This document shows positions 34,352 to 44,370 of a stretch of 64,000 bases of DNA, one piece after another. A model generated the notes under the pieces. The model ran no database searches and was not told where the DNA came from. It saw nothing but the letters and a program-made list of their open reading frames with translations. The stretch comes from Nitrospirota bacterium. GTDB lineage: Bacteria > Nitrospirota > UBA9217. The position numbers and the translations under genes were made by a program. The stretch spans positions 122,835-186,834 of the forward strand of contig CAVUCU010000007.1 of NCBI GenBank assembly GCA_963740085.1, written 5' to 3'. Numbering within the stretch: the first letter of the stretch is position 1; the number at the start of each line of letters is the position of its first letter.

Positions 34352-34669
34352 ATGAAGAACGAAACGGTAAAAGCGGGTATGAAGATCGGTGCAACGGTAG
34401 GTGGTTTGGTTTTCCTGGTGTTTGGCATCATGCCGGGGTTCTATTTCGGCAGCTTCGGAACTCTGGTCCTGCTCCAGAAGTTGATGGGAGGCCCGGTTGA
34501 GCCGACCCTCTTCGTCAGGGCCGCCGTGGTGATGGGAATCGTGGTTGGGATCGCCTGTGCAGCGACAGTGAGCGTTGTGATAGGAGGACTCGCCGGCACG
34601 GTCGCCGGGTATGTGGTATCGGCGCCTGCTGCATTGCGGGGGAAACAAGCTGCTGAGGAAAAAGCCTAA
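34352..34669 (+). CDS. small glycine-zipper membrane protein (105 aa), paralog 2
   Basis: GGAGA RBS is present. The helix layout and motifs match the 33974-34297 product. Confidence 0.6.
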   Translation: MKNETVKAGMKIGATVGGLVFLVFGIMPGFYFGSFGTLVLLQKLMGGPVEPTLFVRAAVVMGIVVGIACAATVSVVIGGLAGTVAGYVVSAPAALRGKQAAEEKA

Positions 34670-34812
34670 GTGCGACAGGGGAATCAATCGCCAGGAGTCA
34701 TGAGGACACCGGGAAACGAGCGCAGCACAGTAAACAACCAATAGCTATCAGCTATGAAGCTGAAACAGAAGGCGGTGAGCAATCACCGCCTTTTTATTTT
34801 TAGAGAGACCAC

Positions 34813-36159
34813 TTAGCGACCGGTAACACGCGGACGGCTCGGTTTAAACGTTCGCGTACCGGAGGGACGGGACGTACCAAAAGAACGCGGGGAAGCATCA
34901 TGCGGTCTTGCCCCGGCGTGTGCCGGTTTGTGGGTTTCCGCAACCTTACCCCTTGCAGGCTTTGTAACGGGACGCTCCCGGCGGCGCTGCGGTTCGCGCG
35001 GCGGGCGGGCAAACTCGGAATCCCGTGTCGGCGCGGCTTTTCTGTAATCAAAGTCTTTCAGGAACCGGCGCTCGACCTTCTCGCCGAGCACGCGCTCGAT
35101 GCTCCTGACCAGGGGCTCGTCTTCACGGGTAACAAAGGTGAATGCGTCGCCGGTTTTCGCGGCCCGGCCGGTCCGGCCGATACGGTGCGTATAAGCATCC
35201 GTGGTGTCGGGAATGTCGTAGTTGATGACATGGGATATGCTCGAAACATCGATTCCGCGGGCCGCGATATCGGTTGCCACAAGGATCTGATACGATCCGT
35301 CTCTGAACCCGTCGAGCGCCGCCTGGCGCTTGTTCTGCGACAAGTTGCCCTGGAGCGATGCGGCCCTGAAACCCGCCTTTTCCAGCTGTTGTCCAATGCG
35401 CTTGGCCCGGTGCTTCGTCCGCGTAAAGATCAGGATGGATTCCGTATCCGTATGTTTGAGGAGTTCCATGAGAAGCGCTGTCTTAAGATGCTGTTCGACC
35501 GGATAGAGCGCGTGCGATACCGTGTTCGCCGGTGCCGCATGGCCGATCTGCACCGTGACCGGGTCGTGCTGTACTTCGCGCACCAGTTTCCGGATGTCAT
35601 CGGGCATCGTGGCCGAGAACAACAGGGTCTGTCTTTTTGCCGGTACCTGCTTGATGATCTTCCGGATATCGGGCAGGAAACCCATATCGAACATGCGATC
35701 CGCCTCGTCCAACACAAGCACCTCCACATGCGACAAGTCGATCGTTTTCTGATTGAGGTGGTCGAGCAAACGGCCCGGGCAGGCCACGACGATCTCGACA
35801 CCGGCACGCAGTTTCTGTATCTGGGGGTTTACGCCTACGCCGCCGTAAATGGTCGCGCTGCGCAATTTCGTGTCGCGGCCGAGCGCGACAATGGCCACGT
35901 GCGTCTGCTCGGCAAGTTCCCGAGTCGGAGCTATGATCAGTGCGCGGACACGGCCGCGCGGTCCCTTCAACAGGTGTTCAAGGATCGGCAGAACAAAAGC
36001 GGCCGTCTTCCCGGTCCCCGTCTGCGCCAGACCCATGACATCGCGCCCCTGCAGGACCGGCGGGATCGCCTCGTTCTGAATTGGCGTCGGGGTGGTATAG
36101 CCGAGCGCCTTAATGCCGGCTGAGATGCTCGGATGGAACTTGAATGGCTCGAATTTCAA
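34813..36159 (-). CDS. DEAD-box ATP-dependent RNA helicase (second, RhlE-like) with Arg-rich C-terminus
   Basis: 'AQTGTGKTAAF', 'DEAD', 'SAT' and 'HRIGRTGRA' are present. Confidence 0.9.
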   Translation of the reverse strand: MKFEPFKFHPSISAGIKALGYTTPTPIQNEAIPPVLQGRDVMGLAQTGTGKTAAFVLPILEHLLKGPRGRVRALIIAPTRELAEQTHVAIVALGRDTKLRSATIYGGVGVNPQIQKLRAGVEIVVACPGRLLDHLNQKTIDLSHVEVLVLDEADRMFDMGFLPDIRKIIKQVPAKRQTLLFSATMPDDIRKLVREVQHDPVTVQIGHAAPANTVSHALYPVEQHLKTALLMELLKHTDTESILIFTRTKHRAKRIGQQLEKAGFRAASLQGNLSQNKRQAALDGFRDGSYQILVATDIAARGIDVSSISHVINYDIPDTTDAYTHRIGRTGRAAKTGDAFTFVTREDEPLVRSIERVLGEKVERRFLKDFDYRKAAPTRDSEFARPPREPQRRRERPVTKPARGKVAETHKPAHAGARPHDASPRSFGTSRPSGTRTFKPSRPRVTGR

Positions 36160-36250
36160 TGTGGCTCCTTACGATAAATGCTACAACATACTTCCGGGAA
36201 CACAAAACCGCCTGACAGCAGATAGCTTAATGTACACTCGTGTAGCTGGT

Positions 36251-36282
36251 TAATAAAAAAGGCCCCGGATCGCTCCGGGGCC
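36251..36282 (-). terminator. rho-independent terminator for the csp gene (GGCCCCGGA / TCCGGGGCC stem + T-run on minus strand)
   Basis: The hairpin sits 40 nt downstream of the csp stop and is followed by A7 on the plus strand (T7 on minus). Confidence 0.55.
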
Positions 36283-36321
36283 TTTGGAGTGGTTATATAA
36301 ATATTTTTTTTAGAGTCGCTC

Positions 36322-36522
36322 TTAGGCTTTGGCTACATTCGCCGCCTGAAGACCCTTGGGACCCTTTACGACTTCGAAGGTCACCTTGTCACCCTCGTTC
36401 AGGGACTTGAAACCGTCGCCCGAAATTGCCGAAAAGTGCACAAACACATCCTCACCGTTCTCCTGCGTGATAAAACCGAACCCCTTGCTGTTGTTGAACC
36501 ACTTCACTACACCGTTTGCCAT
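36322..36522 (-). CDS. cold-shock protein, CspA family
   Basis: '[15 protein letters not shown]' (RNP1) and 'VFVHFSAI' (RNP2) are present. The product is 66 aa. Confidence 0.9.
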   Translation of the reverse strand: MANGVVKWFNNSKGFGFITQENGEDVFVHFSAISGDGFKSLNEGDKVTFEVVKGPKGLQAANVAKA

Positions 36523-36580
36523 TTCTGTTTCTCCTCTGTTTCTAAATTGAAATTGTCCGGGAATTTTCCGCGGATAGGTA

Positions 36581-36609
36581 AGAATACCGTTTTCCCCGTA
36601 CTATGTCAA
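36581..36609 (-). promoter_or_regulatory. putative sigma-70 promoter of csp (minus strand TTGACA-17 nt-TATTCT), giving an approximately 75-nt 5' UTR
   Basis: The hexamers were read directly. A long leader is typical for csp genes. Confidence 0.4.
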
Positions 36610-36668
36610 GCTGATAATTGCAAAAAACGACCCCTATAAAAAAGTTACCAGAACGGTGAACGTGCAAT

Positions 36669-39600
36669 TCAGCTTGCCGTTTTTTTTCTAGGCGTACCTC
36701 GCGACGTCCTGGCCTCCTTATATGACTTTGCCTGATGCATGAATGCCTCGATCCGGGTCAGTGTCTGGGAGTCGCCCTGTCCTTCGTAGGCGATATTCAG
36801 GAGGGGGATGTTATTGTGATCTTCGCGCACACGCTTCAACACGGCGCTCGCAATGGTGCCGGGCATGCACGTGAAAGGCATCACGTTCACAATGCCCGAA
36901 ACGCCGCGGTTGATGTAGTCGATGGCCTTTCCCACGGACAGCACGGCCTCCCCCTCGAATGAATAGTGGATGTAGGGTGCTGCAGTACGCAGGGTCTGTT
37001 CTATGCTCGGCTCGTGCAGGCTCCGGAGGTTGCCATTGAAACCGCTCAGGAGCCGGCGCTCGTCCTTGCTCTGAATCATACCGGTCATATATGCCTTGAG
37101 CAATGCATTCCATGACCGGTTCATCTTTGCCGACACCTTGGCCGTTGCGTTCACGTACAGGAGCCACTCGGAGATCGGCGCGACCCAGGCCTCGCCGCCA
37201 AGCCTCTCGATCTGCCGTACCACGTCCTCATTGCTGAACCGGTTGGAGCGGATATAGATCTCGCCCACCACGCCGATCACCGGCCTGGTACGCTCGGCGA
37301 TCTCGATGGCGGAGAAGTCCTCATAGACGTTACGCAGCACGGGAAGGAGGTCCGCCCTTCGCTCGATGGCAACGCTCACCGTATTCAGCGCGGTCTGATA
37401 GACCCGGTCCGTCTGACCCTTCCGCTTTTCGTAAGGCCGATATTCCCAAAGCGCCTTCTGGAGCATGTCCACGGCGAACACACCCCGCCAGCACATAAGC
37501 ACAAAATCCTTATCAAGCACCCGGACGTCATTATGGAGCGACTCATCCTGCATGGGAGAGAGGACCTCCACGCGGTCGAGCCCCAGGTTGTCGAGTACCT
37601 GGCGGTGGTAGCGGTTATATTGTCCGAAGCGGCAGGGTCCTTTTCCCGAAGGCATGAAGAAGGCGCTCCTGTCAGGATCGAAGCCGGGCCTGCGTGTTGC
37701 CTTGATCATATCGCCGGTCGTGAGGGCAAGGGGATAGCACTCGCGGCCCGAGCTGTGTTTTCTGCCGATCCGCACCGTCTCGTCGTCCGACTCGGGCAGC
37801 ACCTCGGTATCCACGCCGCAGGCACGGAACGCGGCAGAGAGCGCATGCGCGTGATCGGTCATCGGAGGGAAATAGACCTTTTTCGTGCGAAGCGTTCCCT
37901 TGCTCCGACTTTGGACCGAGAAGGGCCCGCGCGGTTTGCCCTGTCCCGCATTCTTGAGGCTGTCCAGGAACGCCTCGATCCTCGTGATCGCCCCGGCATC
38001 TGCGCTGTGCTCATCGATCTCGAGTTGGAGAAAGGGCTTGCCTGACATCTCATGCCTGAAGAAGTGAGTGATGAATGAATCCGGTCCGCACCCGAAGTTC
38101 GTGATATAGAGCGGGTAGAGGTTTGGATGTTCCCGGATGATCCTCCCCGCAGCCATGATCTTCTGCCCGGACAACCAGTACATGTTCTCAAGGCCAATAC
38201 TGTCCACGCTGTGGAGGGGCAGAAAATCCATGGGAATGGCCTGGATACCCAGATCGCGGATCTTGGAAGGCAGGTTCATGTTCACACCGGGGTCGCAGGT
38301 GTTATAGCTCCGGCCAATGAGCACGACTGCCTTTTCTCCGGGCTTGATCGCTGAAAGGACGGCACGACCATGCTCCTCAACGGCATGCAGAAATTTTTCC
38401 TGTGCCTGATGGGCGACCTGCTGCGCCCTCTTCACCGCCGCCCTGCCCTTGCCGAGCGATGCACCCAGCATCTGCATGCTCTTGTTGAAATGACGCTCGT
38501 CCTGCAGATAGAGAACCGGCTCGACCGTCTTGATGTCGCCGACGAGGACCGATGACCTGGCAATATACGGTAAAGCCTGGGCATAGGGACAGGCCTGTGC
38601 GTTCTTGTCCTGGTCCCCGGAGGCGGGAACACGGATAAAGCTCGGCAGGAACAAGATGTCCACTTTTTTATCGATAAGATCCTGAATATGCCCGAGCGCG
38701 ACCTTGGCGGGAAAGCAGGTCTCGGCCACAGTGACCTCGAGCGCCCGGTTGATCAGCGTCCGGTTCGTGCGATCCGACAGCACCACGCGGTAACCAAGCT
38801 CGGCAAAGAAGGTCTGAAAGAACGGCATGAAATCGTTCACATACAGCATGCGTGGAATGCCGATGCTCGGTGCATTCAGAGCCGGCTGCCGGTGTGCTGT
38901 TGCAGTGATGAGGAGGTCCTCGCGCTGCGCGAAAAGGTCCGTTGCCGCGCCGGAAGACGCCGTCTTTTTCTTTACGTCATACTTCTCGCACCGGCTGCCG
39001 TAAAAGAGCGGCTTCTCTCCGTCAAAGAGCACCCTGCGGATATTACAACGGTTCGGGCACTCGGCGCACTCGAAGGTCGTGACACGGTAATCACGCTTGC
39101 TCAGGTCAAAACCCTTAAAGGTACTTGCCCCCGAGCGTTCGCGCATGGCCAGGATAGCTACGCCGATCGCGCCGGTGACCTCATAATGCGGCGGAACCGT
39201 GATGGGCTTGTTCGTGATCGTCTCAAAGGCGGATACGACGGCCCTGTTCGCGGCAACGCCTCCCTGGAAGAAGATGCGGTCCCCAACGCGCTTGCCGGCC
39301 ACCACTTTATTGAGATAGTTGTAGACAATCGAGTACGCGAGTCCGGCGGTTAGCTCTTCCACACCCGAGCCGGTGTTCATGGAGTGTACCAGGTCGGACT
39401 CCATGAACACGGTGCAGCGCTCCCCGAACCTGCAGGGCGACTCTGCCTGGAACGCCCTGTTCTCAAACTCCTTCTTGATGTTTATGCCGAGCCGCTCTGC
39501 CTGCTCTTCCAGGAACGAACCCGTGCCCGCGGCGCAGGCCTTGTTCATTTCGAAGTCGACCACCGCTCCATCACGGAGGCTGATAAACTTCGAGTCCTGT

Positions 39601-40877
39601 CCTCCGATCTCGAAGATGGTGTCCACCGCAGGATCAATGGCAGCAGCGGCGGTTGCCTGGGCGGTGATCTCGTTCCTGACCACGTCGGCGCCTATCATAT
39701 CGCCCGTTAAATACCGTCCGGAACCCGTGGTGCCTGCCCCGAGGATCTTGACCCGTGAACCTATCTCCTCACCCACTTCTGCTAGGCCCAGCTTAACCGC
39801 TTCGATCGGCCTGCCTGCCGTAGGAAGATATCGTTTGGACAGCACCCGCATGTTCTTGTCGATCACGACCACATTGGTCGAGACGGACCCCACGTCCACT
39901 CCCAGATAGACCTCGATCAGACCATCCACGTCCGGTGAAGCATCGCAGTCCGGATTCGGCATGATGCCACGGGGCCTGGCAAGGGGTCTTACGCCGGAGT
40001 GGGCAATCTTTTCTCCCGAGGAGAGGTAGGCGTCAAGCGCGGACAAGCCGCGGTACTTAACATGATGACCGGACGGCTCCATGACCATGAGCCCCGCGCC
40101 TATCGCGCCCGAGGTGGTGAAGTGGCCGGGTACACGGATATCGGATTCCGACAGGGCAAGTACTTCGCGGAAGGCCCTGCGCATGCCGAGGTTCGCGGCA
40201 ACACCGCCCAGGAACAAGAGAGGCGTAAGGAACTTTTTGCCCTTGCCCACGGTGGCCTTGAAGTTCCTGGCCATGGCAAAACAGAGCCCCGCCACAATAT
40301 CGTAGTCCGGAGTGGCGCTCTGCTGGAGGTGGATCATGTCGCTCTTGGCGAAAACGCTGCACCGACCCGCGACACGCGGCGGCGACTTGGATTCGAGGGC
40401 GATGGCGCTGAACTCTTCGATGGTGAGGTGGAGACGTGAAGCCTGCTGATCGAGAAATGATCCGGTGCCCGCTGCGCAGGCTGCGTTCATGGAGAAGTCT
40501 TCGATCCTGACCCCCTGAGTGACCGCATCGCGGGCGAGGGTGATGAGCTTCGCGTCCTCACCGCCCATCTCGATGATGGTGCGCGCATCAGGATGATAAC
40601 GGCCGGCGAAGGCGGACTGAGCAAGGATCTCATTGATGAACAAAGCCCCCAGGGTTCCGGCAACCTGCTTCCCGCCGCTCCCGGTAATACCGGCAGCGAT
40701 GATTCCGTTCTCGGGAAATTGTGACGTCAGCGCCTGAAGCTCGTTCTTGAGAGAATTGAGCGGGTCCCCCTTGATGCGGGTGTACGTCTCGGAGAGCAGC
40801 GTCTTGTCCGCACGAAGGAGCGCGGTCTTGATGGTCACCGAACCGATATCGATACCGAGGAAGAGGTCTTTTTGCAT
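36669..40877 (-). CDS. 1402-aa fusion protein: two BadF/BadG/BcrA/BcrD (HgdC-like) ATPase modules plus two 2-hydroxyacyl-CoA dehydratase (HgdB/D-like) modules (CoA-substrate-specific enzyme activase family)
   Basis: Repeated acetate/sugar-kinase-fold 'GIDIGS(V)T' and 'AGTGS' motifs appear twice. Multiple Cys clusters are present. The Lys-rich C-terminus is encoded by a T8 tract. Confidence 0.75.
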   Translation of the reverse strand: MQKDLFLGIDIGSVTIKTALLRADKTLLSETYTRIKGDPLNSLKNELQALTSQFPENGIIAAGITGSGGKQVAGTLGALFINEILAQSAFAGRYHPDARTIIEMGGEDAKLITLARDAVTQGVRIEDFSMNAACAAGTGSFLDQQASRLHLTIEEFSAIALESKSPPRVAGRCSVFAKSDMIHLQQSATPDYDIVAGLCFAMARNFKATVGKGKKFLTPLLFLGGVAANLGMRRAFREVLALSESDIRVPGHFTTSGAIGAGLMVMEPSGHHVKYRGLSALDAYLSSGEKIAHSGVRPLARPRGIMPNPDCDASPDVDGLIEVYLGVDVGSVSTNVVVIDKNMRVLSKRYLPTAGRPIEAVKLGLAEVGEEIGSRVKILGAGTTGSGRYLTGDMIGADVVRNEITAQATAAAAIDPAVDTIFEIGGQDSKFISLRDGAVVDFEMNKACAAGTGSFLEEQAERLGINIKKEFENRAFQAESPCRFGERCTVFMESDLVHSMNTGSGVEELTAGLAYSIVYNYLNKVVAGKRVGDRIFFQGGVAANRAVVSAFETITNKPITVPPHYEVTGAIGVAILAMRERSGASTFKGFDLSKRDYRVTTFECAECPNRCNIRRVLFDGEKPLFYGSRCEKYDVKKKTASSGAATDLFAQREDLLITATAHRQPALNAPSIGIPRMLYVNDFMPFFQTFFAELGYRVVLSDRTNRTLINRALEVTVAETCFPAKVALGHIQDLIDKKVDILFLPSFIRVPASGDQDKNAQACPYAQALPYIARSSVLVGDIKTVEPVLYLQDERHFNKSMQMLGASLGKGRAAVKRAQQVAHQAQEKFLHAVEEHGRAVLSAIKPGEKAVVLIGRSYNTCDPGVNMNLPSKIRDLGIQAIPMDFLPLHSVDSIGLENMYWLSGQKIMAAGRIIREHPNLYPLYITNFGCGPDSFITHFFRHEMSGKPFLQLEIDEHSADAGAITRIEAFLDSLKNAGQGKPRGPFSVQSRSKGTLRTKKVYFPPMTDHAHALSAAFRACGVDTEVLPESDDETVRIGRKHSSGRECYPLALTTGDMIKATRRPGFDPDRSAFFMPSGKGPCRFGQYNRYHRQVLDNLGLDRVEVLSPMQDESLHNDVRVLDKDFVLMCWRGVFAVDMLQKALWEYRPYEKRKGQTDRVYQTALNTVSVAIERRADLLPVLRNVYEDFSAIEIAERTRPVIGVVGEIYIRSNRFSNEDVVRQIERLGGEAWVAPISEWLLYVNATAKVSAKMNRSWNALLKAYMTGMIQSKDERRLLSGFNGNLRSLHEPSIEQTLRTAAPYIHYSFEGEAVLSVGKAIDYINRGVSGIVNVMPFTCMPGTIASAVLKRVREDHNNIPLLNIAYEGQGDSQTLTRIEAFMHQAKSYKEARTSRGTPRKKTAS

Positions 40878-41212
40878 GAGCCTTTCCTTATGACGAACTT
40901 CAGGATTTGCGTGTTACGGCAATAAATAATTTACCACCCTGCCCGAAGAGATCGAAGATCAGGCTTGATGACGACCATGGATATTCTGAGAACCATCTCT
41001 GGTGTTCCATCGAGTGAACGGCAGACGATCTCGAACGGGGCAAAACCGGGATAGTATACTTTTATTATAGAAAGAACCGGGACGTTAGTCAATGCCCTGT
41101 GAGTAAAAGTCGGGTACTTTAATTGCGTCCGCATATTTGAGACATAAAAAGTAAATAGTAATGTGCCCGCGGTTAAAATAATGCTATAATATCTCGTTAT
41201 TTTACCGGGAAA

Positions 41213-41572
41213 GTGCACGTGTCTGCCCGCGCTCAGTACAACGAGGGAATGAAGCAGTTTAGCCAGAGAAACTTTTGGGGCGCAGAAGAGGCCTTCGAGT
41301 GGGCAATTCGCCTTGACCCCGGGAATGCGGAATACGTTTTTCGCAGGAGAATGACGCTCGCACGCATTCCGCGCAGGGGGCACGAAGCAGAAGAGCACCT
41401 GGTGGCGGCGATCGAGCAACAGCCGAAAAGAAGCGAGTACCATCTGGAACTTGGGCACTTCTACGCGAGAAGCGGACTGAAAGTGAAGGCGATCACCGCA
41501 TACCAGAATGCTCTGCAACTCGACCCGGATTCTGACAAGATCACCAAGGCCATTCAGAAAATCAGCGGATAG
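41213..41572 (+). CDS. TPR-repeat protein (GTG start)
   Basis: Two or three 34-aa TPR-like units are present ('AEEAFEWAIRLDPGNAEY', 'AITAYQNALQLDPDS'). Confidence 0.55.
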   Translation: MHVSARAQYNEGMKQFSQRNFWGAEEAFEWAIRLDPGNAEYVFRRRMTLARIPRRGHEAEEHLVAAIEQQPKRSEYHLELGHFYARSGLKVKAITAYQNALQLDPDSDKITKAIQKISG

Positions 41573-41593
41573 AAAATCCCCACCTCCGTCATA

Positions 41594-42355
41594 TCATCCC
41601 CTCGCGGACATCCTCACCATCCCGACGGGATTCGGAGAAGGACGCTTGTAACCTTTTTCCTGGACCACGACGTCCAGGGGCAGGCTCATCAGGTCGGCAA
41701 GATCCGGCGTCATGCGGCCGAGCAGTTTCCCGTCCACCGTCTTGACATATGATTTGCACGAATCACAGGCACGGACCGTAAATCCTTTTTCATTCCTGAC
41801 AAAGAAGGTGTTCAACAGTTTCGTATCCTTGTTGTGACAAACAGCACAACCGCCGGCATCACCCCGTCCTTTCGTACCGCAAAAAGAACAGTGCAGCTGG
41901 TGCAGGCCTTCCCTTGAGACGGACAACAGAGATGGCCGCGCGGCGCACACAGGACACCTTCCTTCTTCCCAAAAGCGGCCATCGCGCTGCAGGACCTCAT
42001 GCATCCCGAGAAAGTACGGCCTGCTTAAGAGAAAGAGAAGCATCATGAGATCGTCCTCGGGATAGGGGAGCGAGAAGGCCGGCACTTCGAGCAACGGGAG
42101 TCTCGTAAAATCGACCTCGCCAAGCTCCAGGGCCTGTTTCAGGGGGGACAGGCTGCCTTCGGGCAGATCAATGACAGGCTGGAAGCGCTCAACGATCCTG
42201 CCAACGAACTCCGGCGGATAAGCTTTCAGACCCGGTCTCGAAGGCATACCGAGTGTTTTCACCGCCTCCGCGAATTGGACGGACCTTTCATAGAACCTCA
42301 GTGTGTCCTCGAGATGCGGCTTTTTCGCGATAATTGATTCGATGATTGGGTCCAC
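41594..42355 (-). CDS. FdhE-like protein (four CxxC pairs)
   Basis: 'CPVCAARP', 'CSFCG', 'CAVCHNKD' and 'CDSCKSY' are present. The size is approximately 253 aa. No formate dehydrogenase structural genes are in the window. Confidence 0.5.
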   Translation of the reverse strand: MDPIIESIIAKKPHLEDTLRFYERSVQFAEAVKTLGMPSRPGLKAYPPEFVGRIVERFQPVIDLPEGSLSPLKQALELGEVDFTRLPLLEVPAFSLPYPEDDLMMLLFLLSRPYFLGMHEVLQRDGRFWEEGRCPVCAARPSLLSVSREGLHQLHCSFCGTKGRGDAGGCAVCHNKDTKLLNTFFVRNEKGFTVRACDSCKSYVKTVDGKLLGRMTPDLADLMSLPLDVVVQEKGYKRPSPNPVGMVRMSARG

Positions 42356-42521
42356 AGACGTCCTTCTTACAAGAATAAACTTGTTGAGAATTGCGGCGGT
42401 CCGGACCAGGAAAAAGACAAGACCGAGATACGTGCGCGGACTTATACGCCCGTAAATTTGTTCTCCGTCTCCTTGTCAGGGCTCATAAGGGATACAAGTA
42501 ACAGCCTATCTCCGAGAGGGG

Positions 42522-43787
42522 TCAATGCAGGAGGATGTACGAAATCGCACCACCTATATAGCCTATGAGGGCAAGAAAACTGATCCTTCGAACATACCAG
42601 AAAAACTCAATCTTTTCTATTCCCATGGCGGCAACACCGGCTGCTGATCCGATTATCAGGATCGAACCGCCTGTCCCTGCCGCGTAGGCAAGGAACTCCC
42701 AAAGGAACGAATCCGGTGGGAACTGCGTCATAGAATACATCCCCATGGAAGCGGCAACAAGCGGCACGTTGTCCACAATAGCGCTGACAAGTCCAAAAAT
42801 GGAAACAATAATCGCCTGGTTGCCCACCATCTTGTCGAGCCATTGGGCAAGCGAAGCCAGGATGTGCGAATGCTCGAGCGCCGCCACGGCGAGCAAGATC
42901 CCGATAAAGAACACCAGTGATGCCATGTCGATCCTTTGAAGTGCCGCCACCAGCGTCAAGTGCTGCTTCTCAAAGGCATTTTTACTGCGGTGAATCAGCT
43001 CTCCAGCCAGCCAGAGCAGGCCAAGACCGAACAAAATGCCCATAAACGGAGGTAAATGCGTCAGGGTCTTGAAGACAGGAACGGCGCATAATATGCCGAT
43101 GCCTGCGAAGAACATAAATCTCCTTTCAAATGAGGTTGTCTCATATTTGCCGCGGTTTTCCTCTGTCTTCGTAGGGATGACAATAGGTTTTCCACGAAGG
43201 AGATAACTGATTACAACCAACGGTACCATCAAATTGACCGTTGAGGGGATAAAAACGCCTTTTATGATCGCGAGAGCGGTAATCTGTCCTCCTATCCAGA
43301 GCATGGTAGTGGTCACGTCTCCTATGGGCGACCACGCACCACCGGCATTGGCAGCGATGACAATGATCCCCCCGAAGAACAACCTGTCTTCTCTCCGACC
43401 AAGCAGCTTCCGGTTTAAAGACATCATCACGATGGTGGTCGTCAGGTTGTCGAGCACGGCGCTGAGGAAGAACGTGACGAATCCTATCAGCCACAGGAGG
43501 GTAGTCATCCTGGTCGTCTTTATTTTTTCCGTAATGACGTTAAAGCCGTCATGGGCATCAACCACCTCAACGATCGTCATTGCTCCCATGAGGAAAAAAA
43601 CGATCTGCGCGGTCGCGGAAAGGGACTCATTCAATTGTTCGGTAACATGGCCGGTGAAGACTGCATAGATCGTCCATAACAGGCCGGCGCCTACCAGGGC
43701 AGGCGCGCTCTTATTGACCTTGAGCGGATGCTCGAGCGCGATTGCTGCATAGGCTATCACAAAAACAATAATCAGTACTGCGTTCAT
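42522..43787 (-). CDS. ArsB/NhaD-superfamily permease (NhaD-type Na+/H+ antiporter-like)
   Basis: Approximately 12 TM helices are predicted and the product is 421 aa, fitting the ion transporter (IT) superfamily. Confidence 0.7.
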   Translation of the reverse strand: MNAVLIIVFVIAYAAIALEHPLKVNKSAPALVGAGLLWTIYAVFTGHVTEQLNESLSATAQIVFFLMGAMTIVEVVDAHDGFNVITEKIKTTRMTTLLWLIGFVTFFLSAVLDNLTTTIVMMSLNRKLLGRREDRLFFGGIIVIAANAGGAWSPIGDVTTTMLWIGGQITALAIIKGVFIPSTVNLMVPLVVISYLLRGKPIVIPTKTEENRGKYETTSFERRFMFFAGIGILCAVPVFKTLTHLPPFMGILFGLGLLWLAGELIHRSKNAFEKQHLTLVAALQRIDMASLVFFIGILLAVAALEHSHILASLAQWLDKMVGNQAIIVSIFGLVSAIVDNVPLVAASMGMYSMTQFPPDSFLWEFLAYAAGTGGSILIIGSAAGVAAMGIEKIEFFWYVRRISFLALIGYIGGAISYILLH

Positions 43788-44370
43788 GGTGTAAAACCCT
43801 TTTCACGGTAGACAGAGATCGTTTACGTTCAGCGTTCTCACCGAGCGAATTATCCAGTGCGTCAGCATGAGACAATGGAGCAATAAAAAACTATATCAAG
43901 AAGAAACAATCATGAAGCATGGAGGGCTGATCAGACCGCTCGGACATTCTCCGGAACAGATCGGACGATCTGGCATTTGCAGGTAGATCGCCGGTAAGAG
44001 GAGTGAGCGCATACCGCGAGAAGAAACCACCATGAAAAGTTTTCGGATCCGTTGTCTCTTCATCAATGCCTCCTCATTTACTATAACAGCAAAAGTCAGT
44101 CGACTACAATGTCATGAACCAGCTCGCGCACAAAGGTAGTGATCCCTTTGGAAAACCGATCTGTCACAGGAGTACACTCCCTTCCCCGAAAAAAGGAGTT
44201 TCTTCACAACTGCCGGCCATATTCCCGCATGGGCATTTCGACTTGTTGCTTGATGACGCAGCTAGTGATCCGGGTCGTCTGCGTCTCAGGAATCTGTTAA
44301 AAAATAAGGAGCCGCCATTACTGACCGGCCCCCCTGAGGAGAGCGTTCAGAATATTTATTGAGAAGGACC

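Noticed and set aside
34900-36123. 407-aa + strand ORF
   Set aside because: It is antisense to the second DEAD-box helicase gene.
40931-41518. 195-aa minus-strand ORF
   Set aside because: It overlaps the more plausible TPR-repeat ORF and spans a promoter-like AT-rich region. It has no motifs.
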